Below, piece after piece: positions 29,259 to 39,604 of a DNA stretch of 64,000 nucleotides (position 1 is its first letter; each line of letters opens with the position of its first letter). Position numbers and translations under genes: made by a program. This stretch comes from a virus (taxonomy: Duplodnaviria; Caudoviricetes). The stretch covers positions 46,358 to 110,357 of the IMG/VR virus record IMGVR_UViG_2930438282_000003. One strand, 5' to 3'. The notes under the pieces were generated by a model, which saw nothing but the letters and a program-made list of their open reading frames with translations, was not told the DNA's origin and made no database searches.

Positions 29259-29813
29259 GTGGCAGAGAAACTGTTCAGCTTCAACACCCAGCCGCACGTG
29301 GCGAAGCTCGGCGACAGCGCCGAGCTCCACTTCATCCCGGAAGTGTTCGGGGACCAGTTCCTGGACGGCTACAAGAAGATCCAGGACGCCCGGGAGAAGA
29401 TCAGCGGCCAGACGGACCTGACGGCCCTGTCGTCGGAGGAGCTGCGGTCGCTGTACGCGGCGATGCGGACTTTCCTGGCCGGGCTGATGACGCCCGAGTC
29501 GGCGGCGGAGTTCCTCCGCTTCGAGGTCATCAAGGGCGGCAAGACGGTCGCGGACTTCCGGTCCCGGGACGAGGCCGACGCCCACGCGGCCACCGTCACC
29601 GGGGCGAGGGTGGAGGACAAGTCGATGCGGCTGCCGGACCGCGTCCTCACCGAGCTGCTGGAGTGGGTCACCGAGCTGTACGGGGGCGGTGATAGCCGCC
29701 CTACTGGACCGTCGAGCGGATCCTCGCGAGCGTCGCGGAGGGCTGGGGCTCCTTCGAAGGCCAGCTCGCGCTCCAAGGGGTCGACGTCCACGCGTGGCGC
29801 CTCCGCACGCTGA
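29259..29813 (+). CDS. Tail assembly chaperone (G-type)
   Basis: Precedes the tape measure. ELYGG..RPT followed by a low-complexity tail. Confidence 0.75.
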   Translation: MAEKLFSFNTQPHVAKLGDSAELHFIPEVFGDQFLDGYKKIQDAREKISGQTDLTALSSEELRSLYAAMRTFLAGLMTPESAAEFLRFEVIKGGKTVADFRSRDEADAHAATVTGARVEDKSMRLPDRVLTELLEWVTELYGGGDSRPTGPSSGSSRASRRAGAPSKASSRSKGSTSTRGASAR

Positions 29814-30028
29814 TCAACGCGGCTGAGGCGGCGATGTACATGGCCGCCGACGACGACGCCGAGCGGAACAGGATCCGGGCGAAGCTGTACGCGCCTCCGA
29901 AGACGAGACGGCAGCCGAACCCGAACGGGCCACGCCCCCAGCGGCCGGGCACGGGCATGAAACGCGGCGACGCGATGGCCCTGATGGCGCAGCTGGCGGC
30001 ACAGGACGCCCAGCTCGGCGCGGGGTGA
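29696..30028 (+). CDS. Tail assembly chaperone -1 frameshift extension (GT-type)
   Basis: The -1 frame opens right after TGA-TAG at 29690-29695 and reads PYWTVERILAS...AQLGAG with high GC3. No start with an RBS near its 5' end. Confidence 0.7.
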   Translation, partial: PPYWTVERILASVAEGWGSFEGQLALQGVDVHAWRLRTLINAAEAAMYMAADDDAERNRIRAKLYAPPKTRRQPNPNGPRPQRPGTGMKRGDAMALMAQLAAQDAQLGAG

Positions 30029-30034
30029 ACCGGC

Positions 30035-30070
30035 TAGTCTGAGATCGCCGCTGGTTCTGGGCCGGGCATC
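30035..30070 (+). promoter_or_regulatory. Late element 5: -10 TAGTCT + gcc-GCTGGTTCTGGGCCG-ggc
   Basis: Repeated motif, core at 30050. Confidence 0.8.
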
Positions 30071-30095
30071 ATCACGACCTTCGTGAGGGTGCCCG

Positions 30096-33000
30096 ATGGC
30101 CGGCGAGGATATCGACTACGGCCGCGCGGTCATCCGGATCGACGTCGACGACCGCGACGCCGAATCCGATGGCCGGGTTGCCGGAACGCAGCTCCAGCGG
30201 GCGCTACTCCGCTCGACGCGGCGCATCGGCGAGCAGATCCACCGCCAGATCCAGCGGGGTCTGAACGCCACGGCGCTCACGGTGCGGGTCGAGCCGGATC
30301 TGCGGCGCTTCGATGCGCAGTTGCTGAACGGGCTGCGGGGGATCGATTCCCTGAACGTCCCGGTGGTGCCGGACGTCACCGGGTTCGAGGAGCGGCTCCG
30401 TGCCCTGCTGGCGGGCATTGAGATCCCGGTCCGTGTCGTCCCCGACCTCGATGACTTCGACGCGCGTATCCGGGCGCACAGGCCGCCGGATGTCACGGTC
30501 CGCGCGAACGTCGACGTCGATTCCGACCGGCTCACCCGCTCTCTCGCCCGCCTGGGCGGGATCGCGAGCCGCGTCGGTGGGGCCCTGAGCGGCCTGCTGC
30601 GCCTGGGGGCGATCGGTATCGCTGCGGCGAGCGCCGCCCAGGGCGTTGCGGTGTTGGGGGCGGCGCTCGCCCCGGCCCTGGGGATCATCGCCGCGGGTCC
30701 GGCTGCGATCGCCGGGTTCCAGGCCGCGCTGGGTGCGTTGAAGCTCGCGCTGATGGGCGTCAGTGACGCCTTCTCCGCCGCACTGACCGGTGCCGCCGAT
30801 GAGTTCCAGAAGTCGCTGGAGAACCTGTCGCCCGCCGCGCAGGCAGCGGCCCGCGAGGTCCGCGCTCTCAAGCCCGCTTTCGACAACCTCCGTAACAGCG
30901 TCCAGGACGCGTTCTTCGAGAAGATCGAAGGGGACATCACCCGCACCGCGAACGCCCTGAAGGGGCCGCTGAAGTCGGGGCTGACGAGCATCTCCGCCGC
31001 GTGGGGTGCCGCCGCCAAAGGTGCTCTCGGCTACGTGCAGGGCGCCCAGGGCGTCGCCAACGTCAAGTCGATCCTGGGCGGCACCGCGCAAGCCGTCAAC
31101 GGCCTGTCGCAGACGACGAACAAGCTCACCGCGGGCCTTCTGCAGGTGGCCGCCGTCATCTCCCAGCGGTTCGGCGGTGAACTCGAAAGCGGCATCTCCC
31201 GGCTCGGTGAGCGCTTCGGCACCTTCCTGCAGGAAGCGGCCCAGGGCGGCGACGCGGTCCGCTGGGTCGACAACGCGCTCACCGTGTTCGCGCAGCTCGG
31301 CGGTATCGCGCAAAACGTCGGGAGCATTCTGAGCGGCGTCTTCCAGGCCGCCAACACCTCTGGCGGGGGCCTGCTCAACAACATCCAGACGATCACCGGC
31401 GCGTTCTCCGACTTCGTCAACTCGGCCGCCGGTCAGACGGCGATCACGAACGTCCTCCGCACCGTCGCCCAGATCGCGGCGCAGCTCGGCCCGATCCTGT
31501 CGGCGCTGGTCACACAGCTCGGGGGGATCGCTCCCGCTCTCGGCCCGATCTTCACCGCGCTCGGGCCCGTCTTGGTCAACCTCATCAACGCGCTCGGCCC
31601 GGCCCTTGCGCAGATCGCGCCCGCGCTGGCGACGGTTGGCCAGGCCCTCGCCGAAGGCCTCGGCCAGATCGACTTCGGGCCGCTGGGGACGGCGATCGCC
31701 TCCGCCGTCAGCGCCCTGGCGCCTCTTCTGCCGCTCGCCGGGCAGCTCGTGACCGTCCTGGCCCAGGCCCTCGCTCCAACCCTTCAGGTCCTGGCTGCTG
31801 CTCTCGCGCCGGTCATCTCCTCGCTGGTCGACGCGCTGATGCCGGTTCTTCCGCCCCTGACGCAGGCGTTCGTGACGCTGGTTCAGGCTCTGATGCCGCT
31901 GGCCACGGGCATCGGCCAGGCGCTGGCGTCGCTGATCGGCGGTCTCGCCCCGGTGATGCTCAGCCTGGGTCAGGCCCTCGCTCAGGTCGCGACCGCTCTG
32001 GCACCGGTCATCACGCAGCTCGTCGGCGCGCTGCTGCCCGCTCTACCGCCCATCGTCGACGCTCTGAACGCGCTGCTCCAGGCGCTGATCCCGCTCCTGC
32101 CGTCCCTGGCCGGACTGATCGCTGCTGTGGCGCCACTGGTCGTCATGATCATCCGGCTTGTGGCGCCGGTCCTGCAGATCGCCGCGGCGTTCGCCTCGTG
32201 GGTCGTGATCAACGCGGTCGTGCCGATCATCCAGGGCGTCGTCGGGGTCCTCACCGGCCTGGTGTCCGGCGTCTCCTCGGTGATCACGTTCATCACCCAG
32301 CTGCCCGGCCTGATCATGTCCGGGCTGTCCTCGTTGGGCTCGCTGCTGGCGTCGTTCTTCTCCGGCCTCTTCACGACCGTCGGCACGTACCTGACCACCG
32401 GATTCCAGGCCGTGGTCGGTTTCTTCACCCAGCTCCCGGGGCTGATCCTCGCCGGACTGCAGGCCCTGCCCGGGCTGCTGATCAACGCGTTCACCACTGC
32501 CATCGCCGCCGTGGGAATCGCCATCCTCACCGCGATCGCCGCGATCGTGTTCATCTTCACCGAGCTGCCTGGCCGGATCGCCAGCGCCCTCGTATCGCTG
32601 GGCGCCACGATCATCAGCGCCTTCACCTCCGGGTTCAGCGCGGCGACATCGGCGATTGGCTCGTTCATCTCCTCCGCCGCGTCGTTTTTCGCCCCACTGC
32701 CCGGGCGGATCGCCGGTGTGCTGGCCGCCCTCCCGGGCCGGCTGGCGTCCATGTTCCGGTCGGCGGGCTCGTCCGCGCTGGGCGCCGCCCAGTCGTTCGG
32801 CTCGTCGGTCGTCAGCTTCTTCTCCGGGCTGCCCGGCAGGATCGCGAGCGCCCTGTCCAGCGTCGGCAGCCGCCTCGCTGGCGTCTTCCGAAGTGCTGCC
32901 GGTTCCGCGCGCAGCGCCGTATCGAGCCTGATCTCAGGCATCGTGTCGCTGTTCTCCGGGCTCGGTAGCCGGATCGTGGGGGCGCTCGGCAACATCGGCG

Positions 33001-33341
33001 GCCAGATCGTCAGCAAGATCAAGAGCGGACTGCCATCGGCGGTACGGAAGTACCTGCCGTTTGCCGAGGGAGGCATCGTCTACGGCCCCACCCACGCCCT
33101 GGTCGGTGAGGCCGGGCCGGAGGTCATCATCCCGCTGACGAAGCCGCAACGCGCCCGGCAACTGGCGGAGCGCTCCGGGCTCCTGGACATGCTCGGCGCC
33201 GCCCCGAAGGGCGGCGGCTCCTCGAGCGCCCCTGAGGGGACGGTCATCCACCAGACGTTCCACATCACCGAGGTCGGCAACGCCCGCACGACGGCGCACC
33301 GTGTCTCGACCCGGCTCGCGCTTGAAGCAGGAGTGATCTGA
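30096..33341 (+). CDS. Tape measure protein
   Basis: 1081 aa, Ala/Leu/Gly-rich helical repeats. C-terminal FAEGGIV.GPT.ALVGEAGPEVIIPL. Confidence 0.9.
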   Translation: MAGEDIDYGRAVIRIDVDDRDAESDGRVAGTQLQRALLRSTRRIGEQIHRQIQRGLNATALTVRVEPDLRRFDAQLLNGLRGIDSLNVPVVPDVTGFEERLRALLAGIEIPVRVVPDLDDFDARIRAHRPPDVTVRANVDVDSDRLTRSLARLGGIASRVGGALSGLLRLGAIGIAAASAAQGVAVLGAALAPALGIIAAGPAAIAGFQAALGALKLALMGVSDAFSAALTGAADEFQKSLENLSPAAQAAAREVRALKPAFDNLRNSVQDAFFEKIEGDITRTANALKGPLKSGLTSISAAWGAAAKGALGYVQGAQGVANVKSILGGTAQAVNGLSQTTNKLTAGLLQVAAVISQRFGGELESGISRLGERFGTFLQEAAQGGDAVRWVDNALTVFAQLGGIAQNVGSILSGVFQAANTSGGGLLNNIQTITGAFSDFVNSAAGQTAITNVLRTVAQIAAQLGPILSALVTQLGGIAPALGPIFTALGPVLVNLINALGPALAQIAPALATVGQALAEGLGQIDFGPLGTAIASAVSALAPLLPLAGQLVTVLAQALAPTLQVLAAALAPVISSLVDALMPVLPPLTQAFVTLVQALMPLATGIGQALASLIGGLAPVMLSLGQALAQVATALAPVITQLVGALLPALPPIVDALNALLQALIPLLPSLAGLIAAVAPLVVMIIRLVAPVLQIAAAFASWVVINAVVPIIQGVVGVLTGLVSGVSSVITFITQLPGLIMSGLSSLGSLLASFFSGLFTTVGTYLTTGFQAVVGFFTQLPGLILAGLQALPGLLINAFTTAIAAVGIAILTAIAAIVFIFTELPGRIASALVSLGATIISAFTSGFSAATSAIGSFISSAASFFAPLPGRIAGVLAALPGRLASMFRSAGSSALGAAQSFGSSVVSFFSGLPGRIASALSSVGSRLAGVFRSAAGSARSAVSSLISGIVSLFSGLGSRIVGALGNIGGQIVSKIKSGLPSAVRKYLPFAEGGIVYGPTHALVGEAGPEVIIPLTKPQRARQLAERSGLLDMLGAAPKGGGSSSAPEGTVIHQTFHITEVGNARTTAHRVSTRLALEAGVI

Positions 33342-34657
33342 TGGCCCTGACCGACTACCTGACCGTGGGCGGCGTCGAGGTCGCCAACCACGCCCGGCTG
33401 AACACCTACTTGCAGACGGTCGGCTCGCCGCTGGACAGCACGTCGATCTGCTCGTGCGAGACGCTCACCGCGGAGGTCTTCGGCGAGCTGCCGTACACGA
33501 CGCCCGAAGAGGACGAGGCGCCCTGGTACGACGCGGACGTGCCCGAGAGTAATGAGTTCGCTGGTCTGCTGGTGCTGTCCGTCGAGGGCCTGGACGAGAA
33601 CCCGGTGAAGCGCAGCGTCACCAACTCCGTCGCCGGGGGCGGGTCGATCGGCCCGGCTCGCGTGATGCCGCGCACCATTACCGTCACCGGAGTCCTTCTC
33701 GGCTCCACCTGTTGTGGCGTCGAGTACGGCTTCCACTGGCTCACCGAGGCTCTGCAGGGTTGCACGGGCGGCCAGTGCGACGGCGACTGCGTGACGCTCT
33801 ACAGCTGCTGCCCGGGCGCAGGCATGGACGCGGACACCTTCAACGCCAAGCATCGGCGCACCCTTCGCCGTGTCGCCCTCGTCGACGGCCCCCGTGTCAT
33901 CTCCCGCGCCGGGGACGGCTGCACCTCGGGGGAGTGCCAGACCGGCGCCGACCTCCTCACCGTGGAGTTCAGCCTCGTCGCGGCCACGCCGTGGCTGTGG
34001 ACCGACGCCATGGAGGTCATGCAGGTGGTGCCGCCTGTCGACCTGGACGGCGGCTGCGTCACCTGGTGCCTGCACCCGCCCGGCGGCGCGGGCTGTGACG
34101 GGCCGTGCAGGTTCGCACCCTGCGTCGACGCCACCGCGCACTGCGCAGACCCGCGCTGCCAGCCGCCCGCACCGCCCGTGCCAGTCGCGCCCGATACCTG
34201 CTTCTGCCTGCCGCTGGCGGTCGAGACGTCGTTCTACGACGTGGATCTGACAAGCCGGCCGAGTTGGTCGGTCGACGCCCCCGTCATCACGCTGTCGGCA
34301 GGCTCGACCGACCTGCGGAACATCACGATCGAGTTCTTCGAACGCAGCCCCAACGACACGGGCCTGACCTGCGAAGAAGCCGCCGCCCAGTACCGGTGCT
34401 CGCCGCACTCGACGTACCACGTTGCGTTCGTCCCCGCGGGCGGCGCGGTCACGCTGGACGGGCAGGTCGGCCGGGCCTTCGTCGAATGCGGCGGCACCTG
34501 CGAGGCCAGCCCCGACGTGTACGGCCGTGATGGACAACCACCGTCCTGGGCAATGCTGGGCTGCGCAACGTACTGCCTGGCGATCTCCAGCGACGTCGCG
34601 AACCCACCGTCCCCGGAGGCACTCATCACCGTCAACGTCTCTGGCAGGGGCTACTAA
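33341..34657 (+). CDS. Distal tail/minor tail protein (Cys-rich)
   Basis: TGATG-coupled to the tape measure. YL.VGGVEVAN and RTITVTG motifs. Confidence 0.75.
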   Translation: MALTDYLTVGGVEVANHARLNTYLQTVGSPLDSTSICSCETLTAEVFGELPYTTPEEDEAPWYDADVPESNEFAGLLVLSVEGLDENPVKRSVTNSVAGGGSIGPARVMPRTITVTGVLLGSTCCGVEYGFHWLTEALQGCTGGQCDGDCVTLYSCCPGAGMDADTFNAKHRRTLRRVALVDGPRVISRAGDGCTSGECQTGADLLTVEFSLVAATPWLWTDAMEVMQVVPPVDLDGGCVTWCLHPPGGAGCDGPCRFAPCVDATAHCADPRCQPPAPPVPVAPDTCFCLPLAVETSFYDVDLTSRPSWSVDAPVITLSAGSTDLRNITIEFFERSPNDTGLTCEEAAAQYRCSPHSTYHVAFVPAGGAVTLDGQVGRAFVECGGTCEASPDVYGRDGQPPSWAMLGCATYCLAISSDVANPPSPEALITVNVSGRGY

Positions 34658-34881
34658 GACCGTGTCGTACTTCTTGCACGAGCTGCGCAACCGTGTCCGC
34701 ACCCAGGTCATCCAGACGATCGAAGTGAACGGGTACTTCGCGGTAACGAAGTACACCCGAAGCTTCCTGTGCCGTTGATCATCAAGGATGGGGGGACGGG
34801 TTATCGCGTGCAGGATCCATTGCTAGCGTCGGCATATGCCGTGCCGACCGGTACGGCGTGTCGTCCGACCGAGAGAGACTG

Positions 34882-35814
34882 ATGTCCCCGACGATCCGCA
34901 GGGCTGTGATCCCCGCCGCCGGACTGGGCTCCCGCCTGCTGCCGCTGACCAAAGCCACGCCGAAGGAAATGCTCCCGGTCGGCGACAAGCCGGTGATCGA
35001 GCACACCGTGCGCGAGCTGGTGGACTCCGGCATCACCGACATCACCATCGTCGTCTCCGGCGGCAAGAGCTTGATCCAGGATCACTTCCGGCCCAACCCC
35101 GCCCTCGTAGAACAGCTGCGCAGCGATGGGAAGGCGGCGTACGCGGCCGCGGTGGAGGAGGTCGCCGAGCTAGCCCGCAAGGGCCACATCACTTACCTCG
35201 ACCAGCACGGCCCGTACGGCAACGGCACGCCTGTGCTGAACGCCGCCCGCTCCTTCGGCGACGAACCGGTACTGGTGCTGTGGCCGGACGACGTGTTCGT
35301 GGCCGAGGTCCCCCGAGCCCAGCAGCTGGTCCGCGCCTACGAACAGACAGGCTGCCCCGTCCTGGCTCTGATGCCGGTGGACCCCGCCGAGTCCCGGCGC
35401 TACGGCGTGCCCGTTGTCAAGGAAGATCTCGGTGACGGCCAGTTGCGCATCACCGGCCTGATCGAGAAGCCGAAACCGGCTGATGCGCCATCCCCGTACG
35501 CGGCCATCGGCGGCTATGTGATCACTCCCGGCATCGTTGACGAGCTGCGCGAACAGACTCGCCGCTGGTACGAGCACAAGACCGGCGAGGTGTACCTGAC
35601 CGACGCCATCAACGCCTACGCTTCTACCCGGGCGGTGTACGGGCAAGTCATCCAAGGCCGCTGGTACGACACCGGCAACCCGGCCGACTACCTCGTCGCC
35701 CAGATGGCCTTCGCCCTCGCCCACCCTGAGTACGGGCCCGTCCTGCGCGGCCTCGTCCGGGAACTCGACGACGACCGCGCCGACTCCAGCGTGGACGCCA
35801 CATCCATGCCCTGA
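34882..35814 (+). CDS. galU: UTP-glucose-1-phosphate uridylyltransferase-like nucleotidyltransferase
   Basis: RAVIPAAGLGSRLLPLTKATPKEMLPV, EKP, YLTDA and WYDTGN motifs. Confidence 0.8.
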   Translation: MSPTIRRAVIPAAGLGSRLLPLTKATPKEMLPVGDKPVIEHTVRELVDSGITDITIVVSGGKSLIQDHFRPNPALVEQLRSDGKAAYAAAVEEVAELARKGHITYLDQHGPYGNGTPVLNAARSFGDEPVLVLWPDDVFVAEVPRAQQLVRAYEQTGCPVLALMPVDPAESRRYGVPVVKEDLGDGQLRITGLIEKPKPADAPSPYAAIGGYVITPGIVDELREQTRRWYEHKTGEVYLTDAINAYASTRAVYGQVIQGRWYDTGNPADYLVAQMAFALAHPEYGPVLRGLVRELDDDRADSSVDATSMP

Positions 35815-35873
35815 GCTGTCGGTCTACTTGTGTGCCGCCTGGCCACGGCGGGCGGCACACAAGGAGAGCACCC

Positions 35874-36025
35874 ATGGCACGCCAACGCCTCTTCGAACCC
35901 TCATCGACCAGCGTGACACTTGGCTGGCCATCAACCCAGTTCAAGGCTGCCCCAAAGGCCGCGGCTACTGCTACCTGCCGGACCTCGGACTCACCCACAC
36001 CGCCCGCTTGATCGCCATCCGCTGA
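35874..36025 (+). pseudogene. Radical SAM protein remnant
   Basis: AAGGAG + ATG, a frameshift, then INPVQGCPKGRGYC (CxxxCxxC with one Cys mutated). Truncated. Confidence 0.55.
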
Positions 36026-36169
36026 TCATGTCAACCACCAGCGCAGAGCCCTCACCCGCTATCACGCACAACTCGTAAGGGACTGTCACGCAAGAGCTGG
36101 CGGCCATAAGGGTGTCGAGTTACGCCTGCAAGTTTGACTTGTCTGGTTGCCCCCGAGCGATCATGATCC

Positions 36170-36754
36170 ATGACTCGCGCACTATCGACGCCGCCAGCAG
36201 TCTCTGCGGAGGTAATCTCCCGCTCTGAGCAGCCTGTGCTGTCCGTTGCCCAGGGTTTGGAGTTGCGGCCTTGGGAACCGGCTGACGCTCCCGTATTCCT
36301 GGGGGCTTACCAGGACGAAGAGATCCGCCGCTGGCATACGCGGCGCCCCCAGTCAGGGGCCCAGGTTCGAGAGTGGTTCGCCGGCTACCGCCAGGACTGG
36401 CAAAGTGCTACGGGCGCCCATTGGGCCATCGCCCGTCGCGACGGTGAAGTCCTCGGCAGGATATCCACACGTAGCTGGAACTTCGACGACGGCGTCGCCG
36501 GTGTCGGCTACTGGGTACTTCCAGCGGCCCGCGGCGCCGGTGTTGCGACCTGCGCCGTCATCGCCCTCTCAGCCTGGGCTTTGTATGAGATTGGCTTCTA
36601 TCGCCTGCACTTGGACCACTCGATCCGCAACCATGCCTCCTGCCGGGTTGCTACGAAGTCCGGATACCTACTCGAAGGCACCATGCGCAGCGCCGCAGTG
36701 CATGACGACGGTCGACACGACATGCACTTGCACGCTCGAATCCGGAACACCTGA
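36170..36754 (+). CDS. GNAT acetyltransferase (RimJ/RimL family)
   Basis: LRPW, GYWVLPAARGAGVA and NHASCRVATKSGY..EG motifs. Confidence 0.9.
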   Translation: MTRALSTPPAVSAEVISRSEQPVLSVAQGLELRPWEPADAPVFLGAYQDEEIRRWHTRRPQSGAQVREWFAGYRQDWQSATGAHWAIARRDGEVLGRISTRSWNFDDGVAGVGYWVLPAARGAGVATCAVIALSAWALYEIGFYRLHLDHSIRNHASCRVATKSGYLLEGTMRSAAVHDDGRHDMHLHARIRNT

Positions 36755-36815
36755 ACCGGCGTGATGGGCCGATCATGGCTAGGCGGACGCCGCGACAGTT
36801 GGGAGGGGACAGTTA

Positions 36816-37984
36816 CTGACTTCGGCGTCGTAGGGTCTGGGTATTCGTCGGGCCTGGTGACGGTGTCCGCTTTGGCTGGTACCCCGGAGGTATGCGGTAC
36901 GCAGATGGGGGCGGGCTGACCGCCGAGCAGCGCAAGCGCCGCGAAGAGATAAGGATGCAGGCCGTCGAACTCTTCGAGGAGCGTGTGAAAGTCCCGCGCA
37001 TCGCCCGGGAGTTACGGGTGAGCGAGAAGTCCGTCTACCAATGGCGCCGTGCCTGGAAGACAGGCGGGCGGGAAGCCCTGCGGTCCAAGGGGGCCCCGGG
37101 CTACGACTGTCGGCTCGGACCCCACCTTCAGGCCAGACTCGCCGCCTGGCTGGACGAAGGACCGGCCGCACACGGCTGGACGGAGGACCAGGTGTGGACC
37201 GCCGCCCGGGTACGCACACTGATCGGGCGGAGGTTCCACATCTCCTACAGCGTCTCCGGGGTGACCCGGCTGCTGCACCGGATGGGCTACAGCGTGCAGA
37301 TGCCTGCCCGGCCCGCCGCCGAGCGCGACGAGGACGCGATCACCGCATGGCGGGAGGCGACCTGGCAGGAGGTAAAACCCTTAGGGCGGCGACCGGCGCC
37401 TTCATCTGCTTCGAGGACGAAGCAGGCGTGACCGGCCGTCCGCCCAAGGGCCGCACCTGGGGCCGACGCGGGATCACCCCGACGGTGCGCGTTCCCGGGC
37501 GCAGCCGTGGCCGCCTGTCGGTGGCCGGGTTGCTGTGCTTCAAGCCGGGCCTTCCCGCCCGCCTGTGCTACCGGCTACGCCGGCACACCGGCCGCAAGGA
37601 CGAGCGCCGCTCGCTGGGCGAGAGCGACTACATCCACCTGCTGGATGGCGCCCACCACCTGCTCAAAGCCCCACTGATCGTGGTGTGGGACCGGCTGAAC
37701 ACTCACATCTCCAAGACGATGCAGATGCTCGTGGCGCAGCGCGAGTGGCTGACGGTGGTGCTGCTGCCCGGATACGCGCCCGAGCTCAATCCGGTCGAGG
37801 GCATGTGGGCACACATCAAACGGAGCCTGGCCAACCTGGCCGCCCGCCCCCTCAGCAACCTCGAGACCCTGCTCCGCAGACGGCTCAAGGCACTGCAGTA
37901 CCGGCGCGCCCTCCTTGACGGATTCCTCGCCGGAACGGGCCTCACTCTCGACAGACCGGACTGACCCTACGACGCCGAAGTCAG
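36816..37984 (+). mobile_element. IS630-family element, apparently complete, with TA target duplication
   Basis: Perfect 22-bp IRs CTGACTTCGGCGTCGTAGGGTC (36816-36837 and 37963-37984). TA at 36814-15 and 37985-86. Confidence 0.92.
36892..37964 (+). CDS. IS630 transposase (wHTH ORF + DDE ORF joined by a -1 frameshift near GGTAAAACC, ~37372)
   Basis: FEDEAG, VVWDRL and LPGYAPELNPVEGMW motifs. Confidence 0.85.
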
Positions 37985-38017
37985 TAACCTGGTTGTGCTG
38001 CTGGTTCTGGGCCGGGC
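37985..38017 (+). promoter_or_regulatory. Late element 6: -10 TAACCT + gct-GCTGGTTCTGGGCCG-ggc
   Basis: Core at 38000. The TA of the -10 box is the IS630 target duplication. Confidence 0.8.
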
Positions 38018-38044
38018 TGCCACCCACTTCGGGGAGGTCCCGTC

Positions 38045-39085
38045 TTGGCCGTTGCAGGGTGCGGAAGCCACACGTACCGCGTGGTAGACCGGTCGGGGGC
38101 GACCGTCGCCACTGGGTCTGTCCTGGCCGAAGTGGAATGGGTGCGCCTGCTGGACGACACGTCTACGGCGCGCGTCGTCATCAATCCGGACGGCGACTGC
38201 TGCGAAGCTCTGGGCCGGGTCCGGTCGTGGAGGCACCGGCTGCTGATCTACCGGGACGGCGAGTTCGTGTGGGACGGGCCGATCATCACGCCGTCCTGGT
38301 CGCTGGGGCAACTGGAGATCCGGGCCGCTGACATCGGCGCGTGGCTCGACCGCAGGGTGCCGCACGAGTCGATTACCTTCGGCTCCACCGATCTGGCCGA
38401 CATCGCCGAGTGGCTGATCGAGGATGCCTTCGCACCCGACGACCCGGGGTACCAGGTTGTGAAGATGGCCCCGGCCGGGGTGACCGGCGGGCGCCGCTAC
38501 ATCAAGGACGTCGGTCAGTCCGGCGACCACCTGCGGGCGCTGGCGGAGACCGGCCTCGACTACACCATCGTCGGCCAGTCGATCATCCTGCTGCCCGAGG
38601 ACTGGCGGGAGAGCGTCGGCCGCCTGTCGGACGCCGACCTGCCCGAGGGCCTGGAAGTCACCGAGGACGGCACGAACCTGGCGACCCGCTGGGTCGTCGC
38701 CGGCGACGACGAAGGCGACGTCCTCGGCGAGGCAGGCGACGCGGACGAGTACTACGGGTTGCTGGAGCGGTACGTGGAGGACACCTCGATCACGGACGAC
38801 GCGTCGGCGACGTCGGCGGCCCGGGTCAAGGTCCGCACGAGTCTGCCCGTGCCGGTGTTCATCGACAGCCAGGACGTCACCCTGTCCCCGGAGGCAGCCA
38901 TCGACGTGCCGAAGCTCGTACCGGGCTGGTGCCTGGACGTCACCAGCAACACGACCTGCCGCACGATCACCCAACGCCTCAAGATCGTCGGCGTGAAGGT
39001 GACCGAGGAAGGCGGCACAGACGCCCAGCCGGGCGCGGAGCGCGTACAGGTGCAGTTGGCGGCAGCCGGATCGGAGGCGTCCTGA
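38045..39085 (+). CDS. Minor tail (Tal/baseplate hub-like) protein
   Basis: GGGGAGG + TTG. WVRLLDDTS.A, LIYRDGEFVWDGPI and YGLLERY motifs of siphovirus tail proteins. Confidence 0.75.
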   Translation: MAVAGCGSHTYRVVDRSGATVATGSVLAEVEWVRLLDDTSTARVVINPDGDCCEALGRVRSWRHRLLIYRDGEFVWDGPIITPSWSLGQLEIRAADIGAWLDRRVPHESITFGSTDLADIAEWLIEDAFAPDDPGYQVVKMAPAGVTGGRRYIKDVGQSGDHLRALAETGLDYTIVGQSIILLPEDWRESVGRLSDADLPEGLEVTEDGTNLATRWVVAGDDEGDVLGEAGDADEYYGLLERYVEDTSITDDASATSAARVKVRTSLPVPVFIDSQDVTLSPEAAIDVPKLVPGWCLDVTSNTTCRTITQRLKIVGVKVTEEGGTDAQPGAERVQVQLAAAGSEAS

Positions 39086-39086
39086 C

Positions 39087-39530
39087 ATGGGGCTGCGAGG
39101 AGGGCCGACCAGGCGGCTCCCAGGCAACGCGCTCGGCGGGATGCTGCGCGACCTGGACAGGCGCAGCCGGATGCCGAGCCCGGGACGAGGCCGACGCAGG
39201 GAACAGGAAGCCCAGGAGGGCGAGCCGGGAATAGCCCCCAGGACGGCGGCCGCGGTCCCGGCCGCGTCCGTCGCCGTGACCGGTGAGGATGGCCGCGCAC
39301 GCTGGAAGTTCCCCACGCCGTACGCCGCGCCACCGGTCCTGACCGCCCTGCCCGTCGACCCCGACCCCAGCGACGACGAGCGGACCGTCACGGTGGCCGT
39401 GGAGGAGATCACCACCTGGTACGCCGTCGTCCGGGTGTGGCAGACGCGGCCACGGCGCGGCCACGGCGTCGCCTCCCCGGTCGGCGAGGGCGTCCGCGTG
39501 CAGTTGGTCGCGGTCGACTCTGCCTCCTGA
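39087..39530 (+). CDS. Minor tail-associated protein
   Basis: GGAGG RBS. GRARWKFPTPYAAPPV motif. Confidence 0.65.
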   Translation: MGLRGGPTRRLPGNALGGMLRDLDRRSRMPSPGRGRRREQEAQEGEPGIAPRTAAAVPAASVAVTGEDGRARWKFPTPYAAPPVLTALPVDPDPSDDERTVTVAVEEITTWYAVVRVWQTRPRRGHGVASPVGEGVRVQLVAVDSAS

Positions 39531-39538
39531 CGCCCAGC

Positions 39539-39575
39539 TACCCTGCTTGGCGTCGCCGCTGGTTGTGGGCCGGGC
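39539..39575 (+). promoter_or_regulatory. Late element 7: -10 TACCCT + gcc-GCTGGTTGTGGGCCG-ggc
   Basis: Repeated motif, core at 39558. Confidence 0.8.
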
Positions 39576-39604
39576 CGCAGTCTCCTCGAAGGAGCGGCCC
39601 CGCC

